DNA from: Tubiluchus corallicola
Taxonomy: Eukaryota; Animalia; Priapulida
NCBI GenBank assembly: GCA_030141605.1
Contig: JAQGDQ010000176.1
Coordinates: 124,001-188,000 of the forward strand
Reading direction: 5' to 3'
DNA: 64,000 nt
Shown piece after piece: positions 15,201 through 29,990 of this stretch. Under the pieces are notes generated by a model. That model made no database searches and was not told where the DNA came from. It saw nothing but the letters and a program-made list of their open reading frames with translations. The stretch's first letter is position 1. Each line of letters begins with the position of its first letter. Made by a program: the position numbers and the translations under genes.

Positions 15201-17589
15201 CCACCTGTTATGAGGCGGAATGTAATGTTATTCTCACCTGAACGCCTTACACCACTGTACCTCGTTTTACAAAGTGCATTGTTCAGACAATGAGACCTTG
15301 ACAGAGCTCAACAGATCTGGAAAAATCGTTTGGATGGACCTTTGGCAAGGCTTACTATTGTGAAACATTTTCTTTCTTTTTGTCAATGAAGCTGTGTTTT
15401 TTAAAACCAGTAGAACATGCTATATACGTTTGACGTTTGTGTGCAAAAGCCAGACACAATTTATTTAGGTTTTCTAGCACAGGATTGATTCTAGAATCTC
15501 ATGCTGACTGTGGCGTTTCAAGTTAAGATCGAACCAATGACCAAAATATTCCAATTCCGATTGCGTACACAAAGAAGACAAGCTCCCCATAAAATAACAA
15601 GAACTTCTGCCAACTAATATTAAAGATGACTTCAGATTAGGCAACGAATACGCCTTTTATGCAAACAAATTAACATAAAGTTGCCAGAGAACATGCCTGC
15701 TTGAAGGCTAAACCATCTATGCATATTACGTATTATAAACATCTATTAACTATGCAACACGTTAAAAACATGCCACATTGTTGACAGCCAGCTTTCGATG
15801 TAACTTTGTCATGCAAATCTCCACATTTGTGTAACAATATCAAGTTTACCGCGGGAAGGGTTTCCTGCAATGCCAGGGATAATTAACTAAAGAAAACCAC
15901 ATAGTTAGACGCGCATACAAATCGCCTGAAAAACTCAATGTCATCAAGCGGTAAACACAGCTGGTTCATGCTGCGCTTGCCAATGGTCACCCCACACACG
16001 TAGAGAGCTATTCCCCCAGGGGCAGGTTGCAACATTCATATTAGTTTTTCATTTCCTTCACAAAATCGATACTAGTACGGTAAAAGACGTGTACACAAGC
16101 GTTTATGGTGGCAATAACCCCTCTAACTAAGGTTCTTTGATATAGGCTAGCACTGGCCTTGTGTTACTAGACCAACAGTTTCATACGGCCGAGCAGGGGG
16201 GGGGGGGCAATAAATATGAACGTCTGCTAATTAACTACTGAAAGCTATTCAGTAGAGGTATTTCAGTTCAGAAGTTGTGGCATATACTTAAGAACTGTAT
16301 TCTTTTCTCAGGTCTGCTTGCATGGAAAAGATGCAACTATGGCCATTCAGCTTGTAGTCACCTTCAAGGCTGGGTCGACTAAATATACGGAGTAAACACT
16401 TCAAAGGGACTAGTGTCACATTTGTAAAGTTTAACAATAGATTAATTGAGTCCAGGTGCTCGAAAACAAACTGTAGCCATTCCAGTCATACTTTTGTTGT
16501 AGTAGGTTGCCTCGATTTCAAATTATAGGCTGTAAAATTAGCACGTTAATGTGATAATTAATGTCAACTGCGGGACACATACACAAGCCAATAATTTGCA
16601 ACTGTACTGATAGTTGTCAAGGGTTCTGGAGGGCTGTGGACTGGTTAACAACTTTGGAAACAAAGCCGCCAGTCCATATTCAGTGTTTACAAAAGTGGTT
16701 GATGAACTGAAAACTAAAATGTAGTTCCATTTGGAGGGATATAATGCAACATCGAACTTCCAGGAACGTTCAGCAGTCTCTGGCATTTTCCCGTTAAACA
16801 TATACGTATGCCGCTCTCAGCAAGAAACAGGTAAACATACCGTGCAGACGGCTAAAGAATTTTCAGAGCTCAAGCAAGGCTAAAACACTTTTCTAAACTC
16901 TAAACTGTAAAGTCATCCGATGAGTCATCTCTTAAGCAGCTGCTGTTGAAAGAAAAGACGGAGGCAAGGCAAATTTCACGGATATTGAATTTCACGCATC
17001 CCACACCTATACACTGGCGTTTAGCCGAATATCAACACTAAATGCATGGCAATGACCATCAGACAGATGAAAATGCTGTGAATTTCCTCAAAACTAATTA
17101 TAGTCCACATTGAATTTCTTCGTCGTATCTGTAAACACTAGACGCTAGCAATAAATGCAGGGAAATTAGTATGGCCAACCGGCATTTCTAGTTTAGTCAA
17201 CCGACATAGATTAACCCAACAGTAATGATCGATTTCACTTCATGTACTTCATGTGAAAAATGTCAAACACTGTTAAATTAAATCAATTAAAAATTACTTT
17301 ATGTATCTATATCTGGTGCAATTTTCATTATTTTATCAAAACCAAAATAATTCTAAAACAGAAAGAAGCATTTTTGAAGCAACTATAATGTGCACGATTG
17401 GGCTAACATGCTGTTAGAAGTCAACTACAAAAAGTCTATACATAAAGTGTAAACACACAACAATTTTTCTAGGCAAAGATTTTAGCGTCAAATAAATACT
17501 GGCGAGCGATTTTTGATAATTTAAAAGCAAGCATGTTCGTTTTGCTATGAACACAAGTGACAAACTATATAAAGTTAATTTACTGTGAC

Positions 17590-17627
<38 letters not shown>
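17590..17627. repeat. (TA)n microsatellite
   Basis: Read directly. Confidence 0.9.
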
Positions 17628-20600
17628 AGCACGCTCTATAAGCAGTGAGCAAACACAATCAAACAAACATCTGTTCATGATGCATTAAAAATACCTTCAA
17701 GGGTAGTTGAGAGACGCCAATGAACAACAGAAAATAGTTCTCAAAAATTATTTAGAATCTGCACAACCCTTCATTTGCTGACAAAGACAAGCGTTGTGTA
17801 ACGCCAGACAAAGCTGAAAATTGATGTCTGTGGAGCATCAATAACACAAACAGGTAAAATTTTATTAAAACTCTGAAAAATCCGGCAAAACGAGTATTTT
17901 AGTCTGAGTTTTGTAATTTAGTACTACAAGGACTTAGATTGACATTCGACAATCAAATGAATTTTAGGAACAGCCACTAGGTGTATGAATTTTGTCCATA
18001 TGTTCCGTCTAGCTTTGTTTATTTAGGAAATACACGTTTTCTGATAGTAACTTTCTGATAAAAGTCACTAAACATGTTGGCAACTTGTAAAGCAACTCCG
18101 TAAAATAATTTACCACAGTTATCGAGTAATGCAGCCAGGATAACCGCAAAAGCATTTTTTTGCTATATTTTACATGTAATATATATGCCCTGTCATAGCG
18201 GACAAAACCAAAATAAGCATCCAGTCAAAGCGGAATACATTGGGATGTGAGCACGTGCTTTGATTTAAGAGTCTACATCTGATATATCAGCCTGGTGTTT
18301 ATTTCACAAATAGCCATAGTGATATGCTAGATTGAGTACATTTACTTCGAGTTAAATGGGCAAAATATCCTTGCTTGCTTATTTGTGATATTCCGTTTTC
18401 TGTTGCGCCACGTGTTGCTTATAAAGACCAGCTACCTAAACACCCAGAAAAGGGATTTGTTCGCTCGCGTAAGCAACTTCATGAAATTCGCTTCCAAAAT
18501 CTCTTACTCGTGATATACGTAAAATCATTTGCCCATTTACAAGGAAGGAACGGACACTCGATTTTGGATCTATCGATTTTGTGTAAGTAGGAAAGTGTGT
18601 AGTAGGATCTACTACTTTACAGAAATGCCTTGTATGTATGAAACAGCATGCATGTATTGGACATGCGCATGGTGCCTAGTTCTCGTCCCCACGGATTTGT
18701 TAAATACTAAAAACTGGTCACTAGAAAATGCAATTTAATCATATGATTACGTCGCTTTGCAAATTTCTTGATACTACCAAGATTTATCCCGATGCTTGTC
18801 CAACTTTAAGTCAATTCACGTAACCACCTATAACAAGCTTTTAATTACTTCCTGTGTTTATATCAGTGGCTTCTGAGATGCAGCGATTACTATAAATGGC
18901 TTCCTTGAGTCTTCCTGCTAATCCATCAGTGTACCGACGTATACATGTGATTCGCGCACTCTGCAAACGTGTCACCGGAAGTGTACGAATCGGACATTAT
19001 CTCCGAACTATGATTCACCTTTTGAGGGCATGAGTGTAGGTTCAAGTACTTTATGTATTACCTACTAACCCGCTGCATAAGATGGGCCTATGTGTAAAAT
19101 CTTTTCTACATAAAATATATCCACTGTCAATCAGTTGATAACAGATACGTGAAACTGTTAACCTGTAATGACTATAAGAAGATCACACATTGGGTACTGA
19201 GTGAGTGACCCTGCGACGCATCGTTTAATTTTGAATACGTTAAAATCAACTGTATAATTAGTTAATTATACGCACATAGCCTACATTGGTTAACACAAAC
19301 ATGACATTCCTGTAACTCTTGTGTTACTTTAAGAGGCAAAATTTCAACTTTCATCCGTTTGTGTTTTGAAATAGAATAAACGTGGCTTATGGCTAAAATG
19401 ACCGTTTTATAGCCTTTGAAACAGCGAAATTAACTGCATACAAACAGTGTGAATATATACAGCAGTGTAATATAACTGTAAGTCTCTCTGTTTACTTGTC
19501 TTTATTTATTAGATTTAGATTATCAGGTTATATGGACACGATAAATCAGGCGAGTAACAAACTGGGCTGCCGATATTGTCAGTTAAGGAGAATTTGACTA
19601 CACAACACTTGGGAAACATGTTTGGGGCACCCCGAAAATTTAAGGAAGACAACACAAGAAAACACCATAAACATCAGAGTAAACAGTTCTGACTAGAGAA
19701 AAATCGATATATATATATACCCGACATATTATTGCAATTGTTGTAATATATATTTATGTAATTATATATATATGTATAATATCATATTGTAATAACACAT
19801 GTAATATCATAATAGTGTTAAATCCCACAAGAATATGCCTGTAATTAATAAATATATAAAAACCTCCTTTTTATTGGGAGATTTGTTATTTGTAGTTCGA
19901 AATTTTGATATTTTTCACGTAAAAAATCATTCCTGAATTATCTGTCTTTAAATTTTATCTTAATTATTTGCATGAAAAAAATCGTAAAAATCCGTATTTC
20001 TACCTACTAACGAGAAGGGAATTTCCATATGTAAGGAGTGTCCACGGAAGTTCTGACCAGAGGTTAGTTGCCCCTTGGCTCTTGAATGACTAGCGTGTCA
20101 ACACAAAACAATAATTGAACAACATTAGACGAGCGACTCCGGGGAAACATCCTTTTTGGACAAGCCAAGCCTTTGTAGCAAGAGAAATTCTACTCTCACT
20201 AAAACAGCAATTGTTTGTGTTTACACTTTCGGGCAGTATCATTGCACCAGAGAAGAGAAAGTAAGTAGAGATGTAGTAGATAGGAACGATATCACGTAAC
20301 AGCACACCCAATCTTGCCTCAAGCTGCGACAAATATAAGCGCTGGTCGAAGCAAAGCAGTATTCGCTAAATTGTTGATTAACATAATTTTTGCTGTAGTC
20401 TGCGTACTTTCATCCAGGTAATATACTCGTTAAACAGCGACGGAATTTAAATTTTAATCGTTTGGAAGTCATTTTGATTTTTGATATCTCATAAGGAAAC
20501 ATTAGGCGAATGAACAACTGTCAAACTGAATTAGTAATAGGGAAACACTGGATTTCCAGGCATTATATATTAATGTACACTATAGGATCTCAGTAAGTAT

Positions 20601-22489
20601 ATAATAAATAATATACCAATATTGCAGACAATTATTTGAAATTTTGCAACGAAAATCATATTCTTCTAAAATTTGGTGTGAGCTATCAGTTTTTTGTCTA
20701 AATCTACAACAGAAGACTCTGCAAAACATTTGTAGGATTATAAACGAGCCAGCCGTGCAACATTTGGCTTCAGCATATAGGAATTAGTTTTAGGCTTTCC
20801 AGGCATAAAAATCTCTTAGAATAACAGCTTCAAGAATTCTCACGGATTTTACATTGGCCAAGTGCCAGACGAATTGCCTAATGCTGGGCTGTGGCGGTAA
20901 GCCAGAGCTTTTGTCTCCGTGTAAAAATGGTGTTCTCACGGATTCAGACTCGCCAACATCTGTGTGAACTGAGATGTTATTCGCTTTGAACTTCAGCACA
21001 ATCGTGTAGTTACTTGGCGAATATCAGTTCTAAAGAGTGACATCTATAGAAAATCTCATGAGAATCACATCTATATAAACGCAAGCAGAAGATGATGCGA
21101 ACTATATCTATATGTGTGACTTTATACGTAATTTTCAGCTTAATATCTACTTCGATGTACTCAGCGCGAAGCCCAGCGAAATGTCGGAAATCGGCAACGA
21201 TCCCCAAGAGCCTCCTCATGCGTTTCAGTCTATTCAGATGGTGAACACTTGCGACCAATTAAAGCTGAATCAACAGGCGCATTTTTCGCATCCTGTTTTC
21301 TTTACCCTTTCTCATATCTACCTCTGCTGCTTTCGCCCAGAATAGGAGCTCAGGGAGGAAGACCGTCACCAGGCGAACAACACCAGGAAGCTGAAGGTAC
21401 CTCAGCGGCACAGCCAGACAGGCAGCTTTAATTTATTTAAGGTTAGGCATGTCCAGAAGTCCGCCATCTTGCAATTTATTATAAAATGTAAACTATCTGA
21501 TCGGATGGTTGTCAGCTTGAGCGTTTCCGCTTAAAAGCGGGATTTGTTAATTAACAATTTTGTTTTGACTTTTACCGGAATCAAATCGGATGTGTAACCT
21601 TTGGCCTCTGTATCCGTCCTTGAGACATTCAGTCTTAGTTGGTCAGTGAACATATGAAAAAAGAGCATTGCATCTCCTTTTATCACGCTTTTTTCTAAAT
21701 ATTTTAAACACAGTGTAGCACAACTTACACACCATAAGTTACTAAATTTTAGAAGAAACGATGAACACATATACAACAATTTCGGACATTCATTCTATAC
21801 TAAAGGCAGTCATTCTAGAAACACAAAAATGTACTGGCTGCTGAGTGACCATATGCTGACTGCATGCCCCCAGTAGTATGCTATGTTGCGATCTGGTCTA
21901 TGATAAACGATTGCTACCATGATACCATGATGCTGATGATGAGAATGATACTCACTACAGGTAGTGCAGTAAAGTGAAGATATGAACACATGTCCAGAAA
22001 AAACTAATTTGCTATTGATAGAAGGCATCTGTTGATGCTCTTTTTTAATTGAGTGATTTTGTAGTTTTCGCATAAATTGGTAGAGAATTTCACAAATCAA
22101 GCTGAAAGAAAAACTTGATATATTTATTAAGCAACTGTTATAGTGCTAAATTTAGCGTGTACTAAATATTGATCAACAAATACATGTATCACATAATTAT
22201 GCGTTTAATACTTAGCATATGATCAACTTCAATATAAAAATATTTTGTTCCATCTGAAGGCTTCTTTCACGCAACAATTTTTTATTAATTAAATTATGAA
22301 TGGTGAATGTAGAGCACATACGATGTTAATAATGTGAAGCACGCCTACTCACGACCTGCTATATTCTGAGTCCACAATGAGAATCATCCACAAAGAAGAT
22401 GATTGTTATAAAGCGCAAGTTTCCTCCACCAAGGAGCCCCTATAGCAAGCAATTTCCCGACCTTTCTACAAACATACTTCATCAAACAC

Positions 22490-22740
22490 CTTTAGGGAGA
22501 ATTCAGATTAATTACCGCCTGCTGTTGCCCAGGACAAACAGCACATGCACGATACCTTTGATTCGACACCCCAAAGGTATCCTCACAGAAACAACTTAAT
22601 TTGCAACCTGGCAGTAACTTTCTAAAAATATATATATTGACCACGCTCAAACCATTCACAAGTAAAACGCTTTCAGGAGTATTTACATATTTACATATCA
22701 TCAACAGGATTATTTACCAAACAATGAAATTATGTCCTAT
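22490..22740 (-). mobile_element. Decayed LINE apurinic-endonuclease domain fragment
   Basis: The minus-strand translation (FGK, frameshift, LLMICK…VLLVNGLSVVNIYIF…FGVSNQ) follows the N..G..LL..C…ILNG…SVIDY…SDH order of LINE EN domains. The catalytic residues are degraded. Confidence 0.4.
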
Positions 22741-23113
22741 TCAATGTTCACACAAGTTCAACAATTAGGATCGAAACTTCATAGGGTGTTGTGCCAGTGT
22801 TGCTAAAAAAATTATGTCCCGTCCTCATGAACTAATGTATCGGGTAAGTGATGAAGTATAGGACCCTCCTTTTTTGTGTAAACTGAATATGGTTAACTTG
22901 ATTACATACAAAAAGAGGAGCTGTAATAAGTGGAATATACTCACGAAATACTGGTCATGTCGTCCTAGCGTATAATATAATCTAACTACTGAGCTGCACG
23001 AAGTTTTGAATCACTCCTTACAAAAACGTGAATTGTTCCGATTTTAATTTGCAGCAATGTGTGAGTCATTTAATAAAGGAGCAAAAATATTGTGAACAAT
23101 AATTCAAACTTAC

Positions 23114-23198
23114 CCGATTCGGACGATGAGGACACGGTGGCTGATCCACGCACTATTAGAACCACCACTATCACCGCCGCAGCCCACCCGCTGAACAT
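23114..23198 (-). CDS. First coding exon (signal peptide, MFSGWAAAVIVVVLIVRGSATVSSSSES+G) of an unidentified secreted or membrane protein gene; the full exon is 23114..23210
   Basis: The minus strand reads cttttgtttgttgtacag|attgtaaataagATG…GAATCGG|gtaagt. It has a strong acceptor, a consensus donor, a hydrophobic h-region with a small-residue cleavage zone, a phase-1 end and locally raised GC. Confidence 0.72.
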
Positions 23199-26100
23199 CT
23201 TATTTACAATCTGTACAACAAACAAAAGTGCATGTTAAAATGTCGTAATTAAAAATTGAAAGCACTGAGCAAGACCGCCACAGCTCAGCACAAATAAAGC
23301 TGACTTAAAAAGAACTGTTACAGATTTAATTATTAATTATTTAAATTTCACTACATTTTTGTAGCTGCACTGTCGCAAACATACATTTCATTAAAAATGT
23401 GAGAGAAAACATTGGAAACCATCAAAAAACTCTTGCTGCATGACAACAAAATAAAATTGTTTCCACAGAAAATATAAATACAGCGTGCAAGTCTTGTGCA
23501 GAAGAAAATTACTGATACGTCAGATACAGCAGAATGTTGATTTAACCCACAAACTAAATGTTAACTACTATCTTAGTTGCTATAACACTGATATTAAATA
23601 TTTTAAAGGCGTAGGTTGCCATTTAAACACCTATCTATGCTCTCATTTGTTCCATAATTAAGAAACCAAGAATAGTGCAAGTTATTGAATTAAGAGATTT
23701 CACGATGATTTAATAGGCCTTGCCTATTTTAGCGCAAACTTAAAAATTGACAATGCTCTGACAATTAATAAAAAATATTAAGTCATAAAAAATATATTAA
23801 AAAATATTAACGCGAAGTTAAAATCCATTGAACTAACTCAGTTTCAGAACTTCTGCTATTATGACTGGACTAAGTGTAGCATCGGTCCATTGGATCCACA
23901 GGGCTTATGAATTCACGCGAGGCTGTGAGTCCAAAGCTCCAAGAAAATAACAACTCTTTGCAAGTACTCGAAGCTAAAATTTAGGCTTTTCAACCAGTAT
24001 AAAAGCACCCACTCCCTTCACTGGTTTTTGCATATTTCAGTAACTTTAGCTGCAAACGTTAGCTTTACTAGAGGCGATTAAACATACGCAAGACTGTGAC
24101 AGAAAGAGGACCGACCCCTCATCACGATTATAAAAATCCTCTCAGGTAACATTACACGGTTAGATCAAGCTTTCAAGCGCGGTTTCCCTTTTGCACAAAT
24201 AGCGCTTAACACCATATTGACATTTACCATGCAACAAGTAACAATCTACTTAAAGCAAACATCTGGCTTTTATATTCTTCCGTATAAGAGATCATCGATT
24301 TTGGAAAAAAACGATAGCTTACGCGGGGTATAAATTTCATCCAGTAGAAACATTTAATGGGACAAGTAATTAGTTAATGTTAGATCAATGGCCCCAGTTG
24401 ATGGACTGTAAATATTGTACGCCTAGATGTCATTTCTAACATTAACTATAAACAACAACAAGTATCTTTCTACCCATCAACTAATCATTAGCCACCTGTT
24501 ATGGGGAGGATTGGGCTCCCACTCCAACATTTTCCTTCCAAGAACGGTAAGTACACAAAGTAAAAGAGTGGCAAATTTTCAATACGTTTAGAAAATGTAG
24601 CAAATTTCCGCTAACTGCTGCTGAAATTTCAGATGCCCATTCGCATCAAAAGCGCTTTCCACGTTGAACTTCTTAGCACCCCGTTTGAGGACCGGCGCCC
24701 CACTGCAGAACTACAAGTTTACAACGTTAGAAAAACATAACAGTTTCAAGTGACGTGTCTTTTCAAAACAAGTGACACATGAACCACAACACGTACATTC
24801 CAAGCGTAAACCACACTGGCACTTGGATGCACCACTTGAGCTATAGTGATTTCAGATTTGTTTCTTCAAAACAAAACCGATACTCCTAATGACGCTGGGT
24901 GCTCCAGTCGTGCAAGAATTTTGCTAAAACTTGGTGTAAACAAACTCAGGTTGCCTGATAATCTGAAGGAATTAACGAGAGAGATTTAATCCCAAACGAA
25001 AGCAGGAAGGATGATTTACACCTGCAAAACTAAAGCGTTTTGACGCCAGTAGATTTGACTCAACGTTATGAATGAATTTTCAATGATGTGATGGTACAAA
25101 ATTGTCTCTTTTTGCTTCAGAGTATAGAACTGTTGCAACTGCAAGTGAACCTTATGAAACGTATAGACTACCACTGCTGCTCCTGCTGCTACCGCCGTCG
25201 CTGCCGCCAACGCCAACGCCGAAGACAACATTTCACTATATTATTAGTTTCACTGCAAGCTTATACATCGTGGCATGACGCAAGTAATGGATTAGGGGCT
25301 ACAAACCACATTGCGTAGCTATTACAGTGGTTTCATAACACGATACAGTTCTGTCCGTGTATAAGCAGCCTATGAGCTGCGCATTACGAATACATGATAA
25401 GTTCAGAAAATGCGAAGACCCTTGAGATTCGTTTAGAATCAGCTAAGCACAAGCTCAGCTTCAACGTCAATACAAAATTACCGGAATTACCAGTGATTCC
25501 CAAAAATCTCTCTTTATATATATGTACTTCATGTTATAATTTAATATCACATTCCTATTCCTGGGACAATATGTTTTAAAATTCCGACCCATGCCGGTAC
25601 GGTAACAATGACAATTTCTGTGTAAATTTCTGGGCCTGTCTTTCTTGCGCATAGGAAATCAACATACATATTTTATAGTTTTAATATCGATATGCTCAAG
25701 TAGTGTTCTAACTCAACGCAGGGGCCGATTTACTGCTAGGCAAACTATGCAGTTGTCTAAGACGCCAAATTCTGGAAGTAATTCCTCAATTTTAAAGTTT
25801 AGCATAAGTAACATAGTGACTGACGCGTTATCAAGTTCTTGTCTACAGTTTATATTGTATGTATACGACAGCAGACAAAGTAACAATTCCTTCCGTTAAT
25901 AAAAAAGTTTCTTGCAATGGAAAAAGTTTCTTGCAATGACATTCATCTAATTATGGCAGATAAACCTATAAGAACTGAAGTCTTCAGGAGTGTAATGCAA
26001 GAAACGAAAAAAGGTGGTGGACATTAAACAGCAACAGAATTTTAAATGAAATATTTGCAACCAGACCAGCGTTATATGGTTGCGAAGATGACAATACTAG

Positions 26101-27233
26101 TGAAATGGATGTATGTAAAATAACGAGTCAGACTCAGTGTTTCAAAAATTTTCTGATGAAAAGGCTGAGGGGTATCTAGCCATGAGAATGTACATGTATG
26201 AAGACTGCGCAACAGAAATTGTAGAAATTTGATTGCTCCTGAAGGCTCACGACGTATTATGACGTAAATGCAGATGCAGCTGTAGACAGGTAATTAACTT
26301 CTGTTAATTAGTACACTATAATACATGTATAGGCCCAACATAAAAGCACCGTTACACTTCAATGTATACAAGAAAAAATCAATTTTGTACGTGGATGCAT
26401 AGGGTCGGTGGGGAAGGGGTTGACCGTTGGCGAGGAAGCCCTAAAATACTTTTGCTTAGCGCGTCAAACTACCTAGATACAGCCCTGAAGCAAACAAAGT
26501 ACAAATCCTTTGTTGCACTCATTGGAAAAAAGAAATTAACCAAATGGGAATTTAACCCTAGTCTTTCTAGGCATGAGGGGTAATCATGGTTGTCGGTGCA
26601 CAGATGATCCTAGAGATGGTTTCTGTTTCGTGGAGCAAGGCTGAAGCCAATTATCTGCGACATTCAGTTTGCCTAATGACAGTTTGCTACTACTTATACA
26701 AGAAAAAATGCTCAAAGAATTCCTGAAGCTTGTTTTAATTAAAGTTCTGTACACGAAGAACTACTCAGTTAGCATCACGAAGAGTTTCTCACGCTCTAAG
26801 AGTGAGTTTAGTGCATTCCATACAAGATACAGAAAAACACTCCGAAAAAAGTAAGTAAAAATCTAGGCTGAATATTTAACATGATAAATCCTAAAATCCT
26901 AGACTCCTATTTGATATTACAAGTATTTTTGCGATAAAGCAAATAGTTAATAATGAAACTGAATCGCACGTAAAAATGATCCTATGAACTTATAACCTAT
27001 AACTAGTATAACACATATAAGTTTACACCTATATTGCCTACTTTCACAATGCAACACTGATACATTTAATATCGTAAAATTGGTTTTTAATTACAAAAGA
27101 TATTATAACCAAAGAAGATTAAACTAAAAGTTGAGTACAGTGATCATACAGTCAGTCTCCATCGCCTTAATTACTATACATATATAATATACATACATGA
27201 CATAATTAATTAATTATGAATGTTCATGCTTAC

Positions 27234-27391
27234 CAAAAAATATCAAATGTCGGTGCGTGATAATACTTCCTGGTACCAATTAGAACATCACTCCACACTG
27301 CCGACACTATCAATAAATGATCGGTAGTATGCGTCTAATGAGCTCAACACGCCTCAATAATTAGGCAGATTGTCTTTTTACGTCAAGTCAC
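27234..27391 (-). other. Candidate non-coding 5'UTR exon of the minus-strand gene
   Basis: Acceptor tttattattgtatgttcag|G and donor TTG|gtaagc. All three frames contain stops. Confidence 0.4.
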
Positions 27392-28539
27392 CTGAACATA
27401 CAATAATAAATGAAGCTCAACTCAGCTCAGCGTTTCTGAGGATGCCTCAGTTAAACGTCTGTCTCTTTCTCTCTTGGCACACAATCACGCATGTGTGTGC
27501 ACAATAACTGCACATGTTCAACTGAAAAGCATGGAGCGGAACGATGACAGTAATATATCTGGGCCTGCGTACTCCTCGCGCTCTAGCCTAATGAGCCCAC
27601 GGCTTTACAAATAAGATCCCACGAAACAAAAAATAACACCCCTTCTGAAATCAGAGCCAAGTCTTAGCACATATGCTCGCCAGACGACGTGCAAGTTCCT
27701 GCGTCATACAATGTACTTCTGTCTACATGTATATACATCATACACACTATAATATACAGTAGCTCATCTACAACAACACTGCACACATCCAATGTCAAAA
27801 TTTAATTGCATAAAAAAAAGAATTTAATTATTAATTATCTAAAAGTGATAATTTTAGACACTATATACATTTATATTTACAGGTGGCAAAAATGTACAAA
27901 CTAAATTTGGTAAAACAGTGAAGCCATTAAAGAAAATGACGTCACTATATGTTTCTGTAAAATACGACGTTTCATTTTGATAACGAGCGCTTGAGTGTTT
28001 TGCAACCGCGTGTTTTCAATGACACAAGCTGAAAAGTTTCATATGGAGTGTTACAAAAAAGTTTCTCTGTCTGCATCAGAATCAGAAGCAAGCTGTTAGC
28101 CAAATGTCTGCGAGACGGAACCGTAATTTGCGCTGAAAAAGTTTGCAAACAACGAAAACGTCGTAATCGTCTTATACAATGTGTTAAATAGGTCGCGTTA
28201 ACTAGCAAAAGCTGACGAACAGCAAAATATTCAGGCTGCCAACAAGTTCCACGAACTTCTTCGCACTAGATGCAAGTACCTCTGTTTCGGAGCTACATAG
28301 TTTAGTGTAAGAATCTACAGAGGTTTCCAAATCAAACTTCAGCTCCTCGGCGTAGTGGAATTACTCAACGAGCTTCATAAGCTTGAACTCTAGAAAATGT
28401 GCTCTGGATAAAAAGATAGCAGCCCCAATTCTTGGCACCCAATTCCTAACCTATCAATCGCTGGGTCACAGTTCAGTTGATTTAGAATCCGAGTCCCAAA
28501 TGTGCATATCTTAGTAACGCCAAAAGCAACGACCTCGGA

Positions 28540-28850
28540 GGACATTTACTCCAGCACCCGAGCGCTGTGTCATCAGCGCCGACAACACATTACTACGCCA
28601 TCATTAAACGCAAAATTGGCATTTTTATGGACCGCTATCCCACATGTGGAATCAATGAAGCTCACGTGCAGGGTAGATTCGTACACCTCATTCCATTGGA
28701 ACATGCACCTCCAAAAGAGCGCCACAGTTACAGAACTGAGGAGGGTGGTTGAAGTAACAACCTCTTCGATCCGCCACGACACATGTCAACAACATCTACC
28801 GCCTGATACAAACCTCATCAACATAATGAAGATTTGGACCGTCAGCTAAA
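28540..28850 (+). mobile_element. Possible decayed non-LTR retrotransposon C-terminal fragment
   Basis: A GC-elevated block with frameshifted pieces (RALC..R.H…LNAKL / KIG….YPTCG / NLFD) loosely similar to zinc-knuckle ends of I-group elements. Confidence 0.2.
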
Positions 28851-29100
28851 TACGGCCCGTGAGAAAGAATCACTGGGTCGTACATTTCCTGTTAATGAAA
28901 ATTTTAATGATCACAATTTCAACAGTTTGATAAGCTTGCTGCACCCCACTTTCCTGATTCACAAACTGGAAACAGATTGTGAAAAATTAATTTTACGATT
29001 TAAATAGAAATTATACCACAAGTATGCGCTTCCGGTCTGGTAAAATTAGCTAGTCGACTTCCGGTCTGAAGAAATTAACCATAGTTTGACAGATATTTAC

Positions 29101-29183
29101 CTGGAGAGACAATTGTGATTCTTACACAACAGGCCCTGACTGCACGTCAAATTCAATTAAATCTTCAACCTTCAAATTTCAAC
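29101..29183 (-). other. Candidate non-coding 5'UTR exon of the minus-strand gene
   Basis: Acceptor cctttttgttttag|G and donor CAG|gtaaat; 83 bp. Confidence 0.35.
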
Positions 29184-29389
29184 CTAAAACAAAAAGGACT
29201 GTCTGTAAAGATGGCGCATCTAGCTAACGTAATTAACGTCCAACTAGATGCAAAGAATATTATATGAATGCATGTACTCCATTAGTATTACAAACCACAA
29301 GTACGTTGCTATGCAGGTATGGCGATAAATTAGTTTTCCTTCTTCTATATGCTGGAACGATTTATAAGGCTTTCTGTTAGGGTTTCAGT

Positions 29390-29700
29390 TAAGGTAATTG
29401 AAGCAGAATGATTACTAGTCCATCGTCATTTAAATGCAGAGCAAACTTCTCTGACTGAGTCATAACTGATGAGCGAACAATTATCAGATAACTTTTTTCC
29501 TGTATGTAAACCATGGTCCTGTTAGACATTTCATCATTCTTGTTTCTGTTGTACTCGGTTCTGTAACTGTGAATAGTGAGTTTACACTTCTGTGTTTCGC
29601 CCTTGTTTTTATCCACTGTGCTTCTGAGTCTTTCTACATGGTCGTATCCTTTTAGTGTGATATCCTTTTTATGTTAATAATATAAACAAAAAAATTAATT
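29390..29700 (-). mobile_element. Possible decayed LINE endonuclease N-terminal fragment
   Basis: The translation DITLKGYDHVERLRS…RTMVYIQEK resembles the I.GY…R…GG..VYI segment, but the spacing is longer than usual. Confidence 0.25.
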
Positions 29701-29809
29701 TAGCAGCTTTACTAATTTCTTGCAATTTTTTCTCTTTTTCTATTTTGAAGAACTACTGTCGTAGTTCGAAATGTTGTGAATTCCTTTCCTTTTCCTCCAA
29801 GGACTCGAA

Positions 29810-29990
29810 CAAATCGCTATTCATCTGGATATTGTTGTTCTTGTCTTGTTGCGCGATAACCTTTTGAAAAAAATCCCTAAGGCTCCGCCAAGTTGCAATG
29901 AATCGTCATGAAATTTTGCAGGAATATACTGGGTAAAACTCCGCATCGACCGACGGAGTCGGATTTTCGATCCTCTGTTTCATTTTCGTA
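29810..29990 (+). repeat. Probable interspersed repeat fragment
   Basis: cctaaggctccg…atgaaattttgcagg…cgcatcgaccgacggagtcggattttcga resembles a non-autonomous repeat I recall from invertebrate (annelid-like) genomic DNA. This is unverified recall. Confidence 0.35.

Noticed and set aside
21112-21431. GC-elevated overlapping ORFs, considered as a THAP/transposase remnant or an exon
   Set aside because: No recognisable motif and no convincing splice-site pair.
1-23113. Candidate second coding exons for the signal-peptide gene (acceptor-like sites near 1400, 12968 and 16880)
   Set aside because: Each gives an in-frame stop in the required phase before a usable donor.
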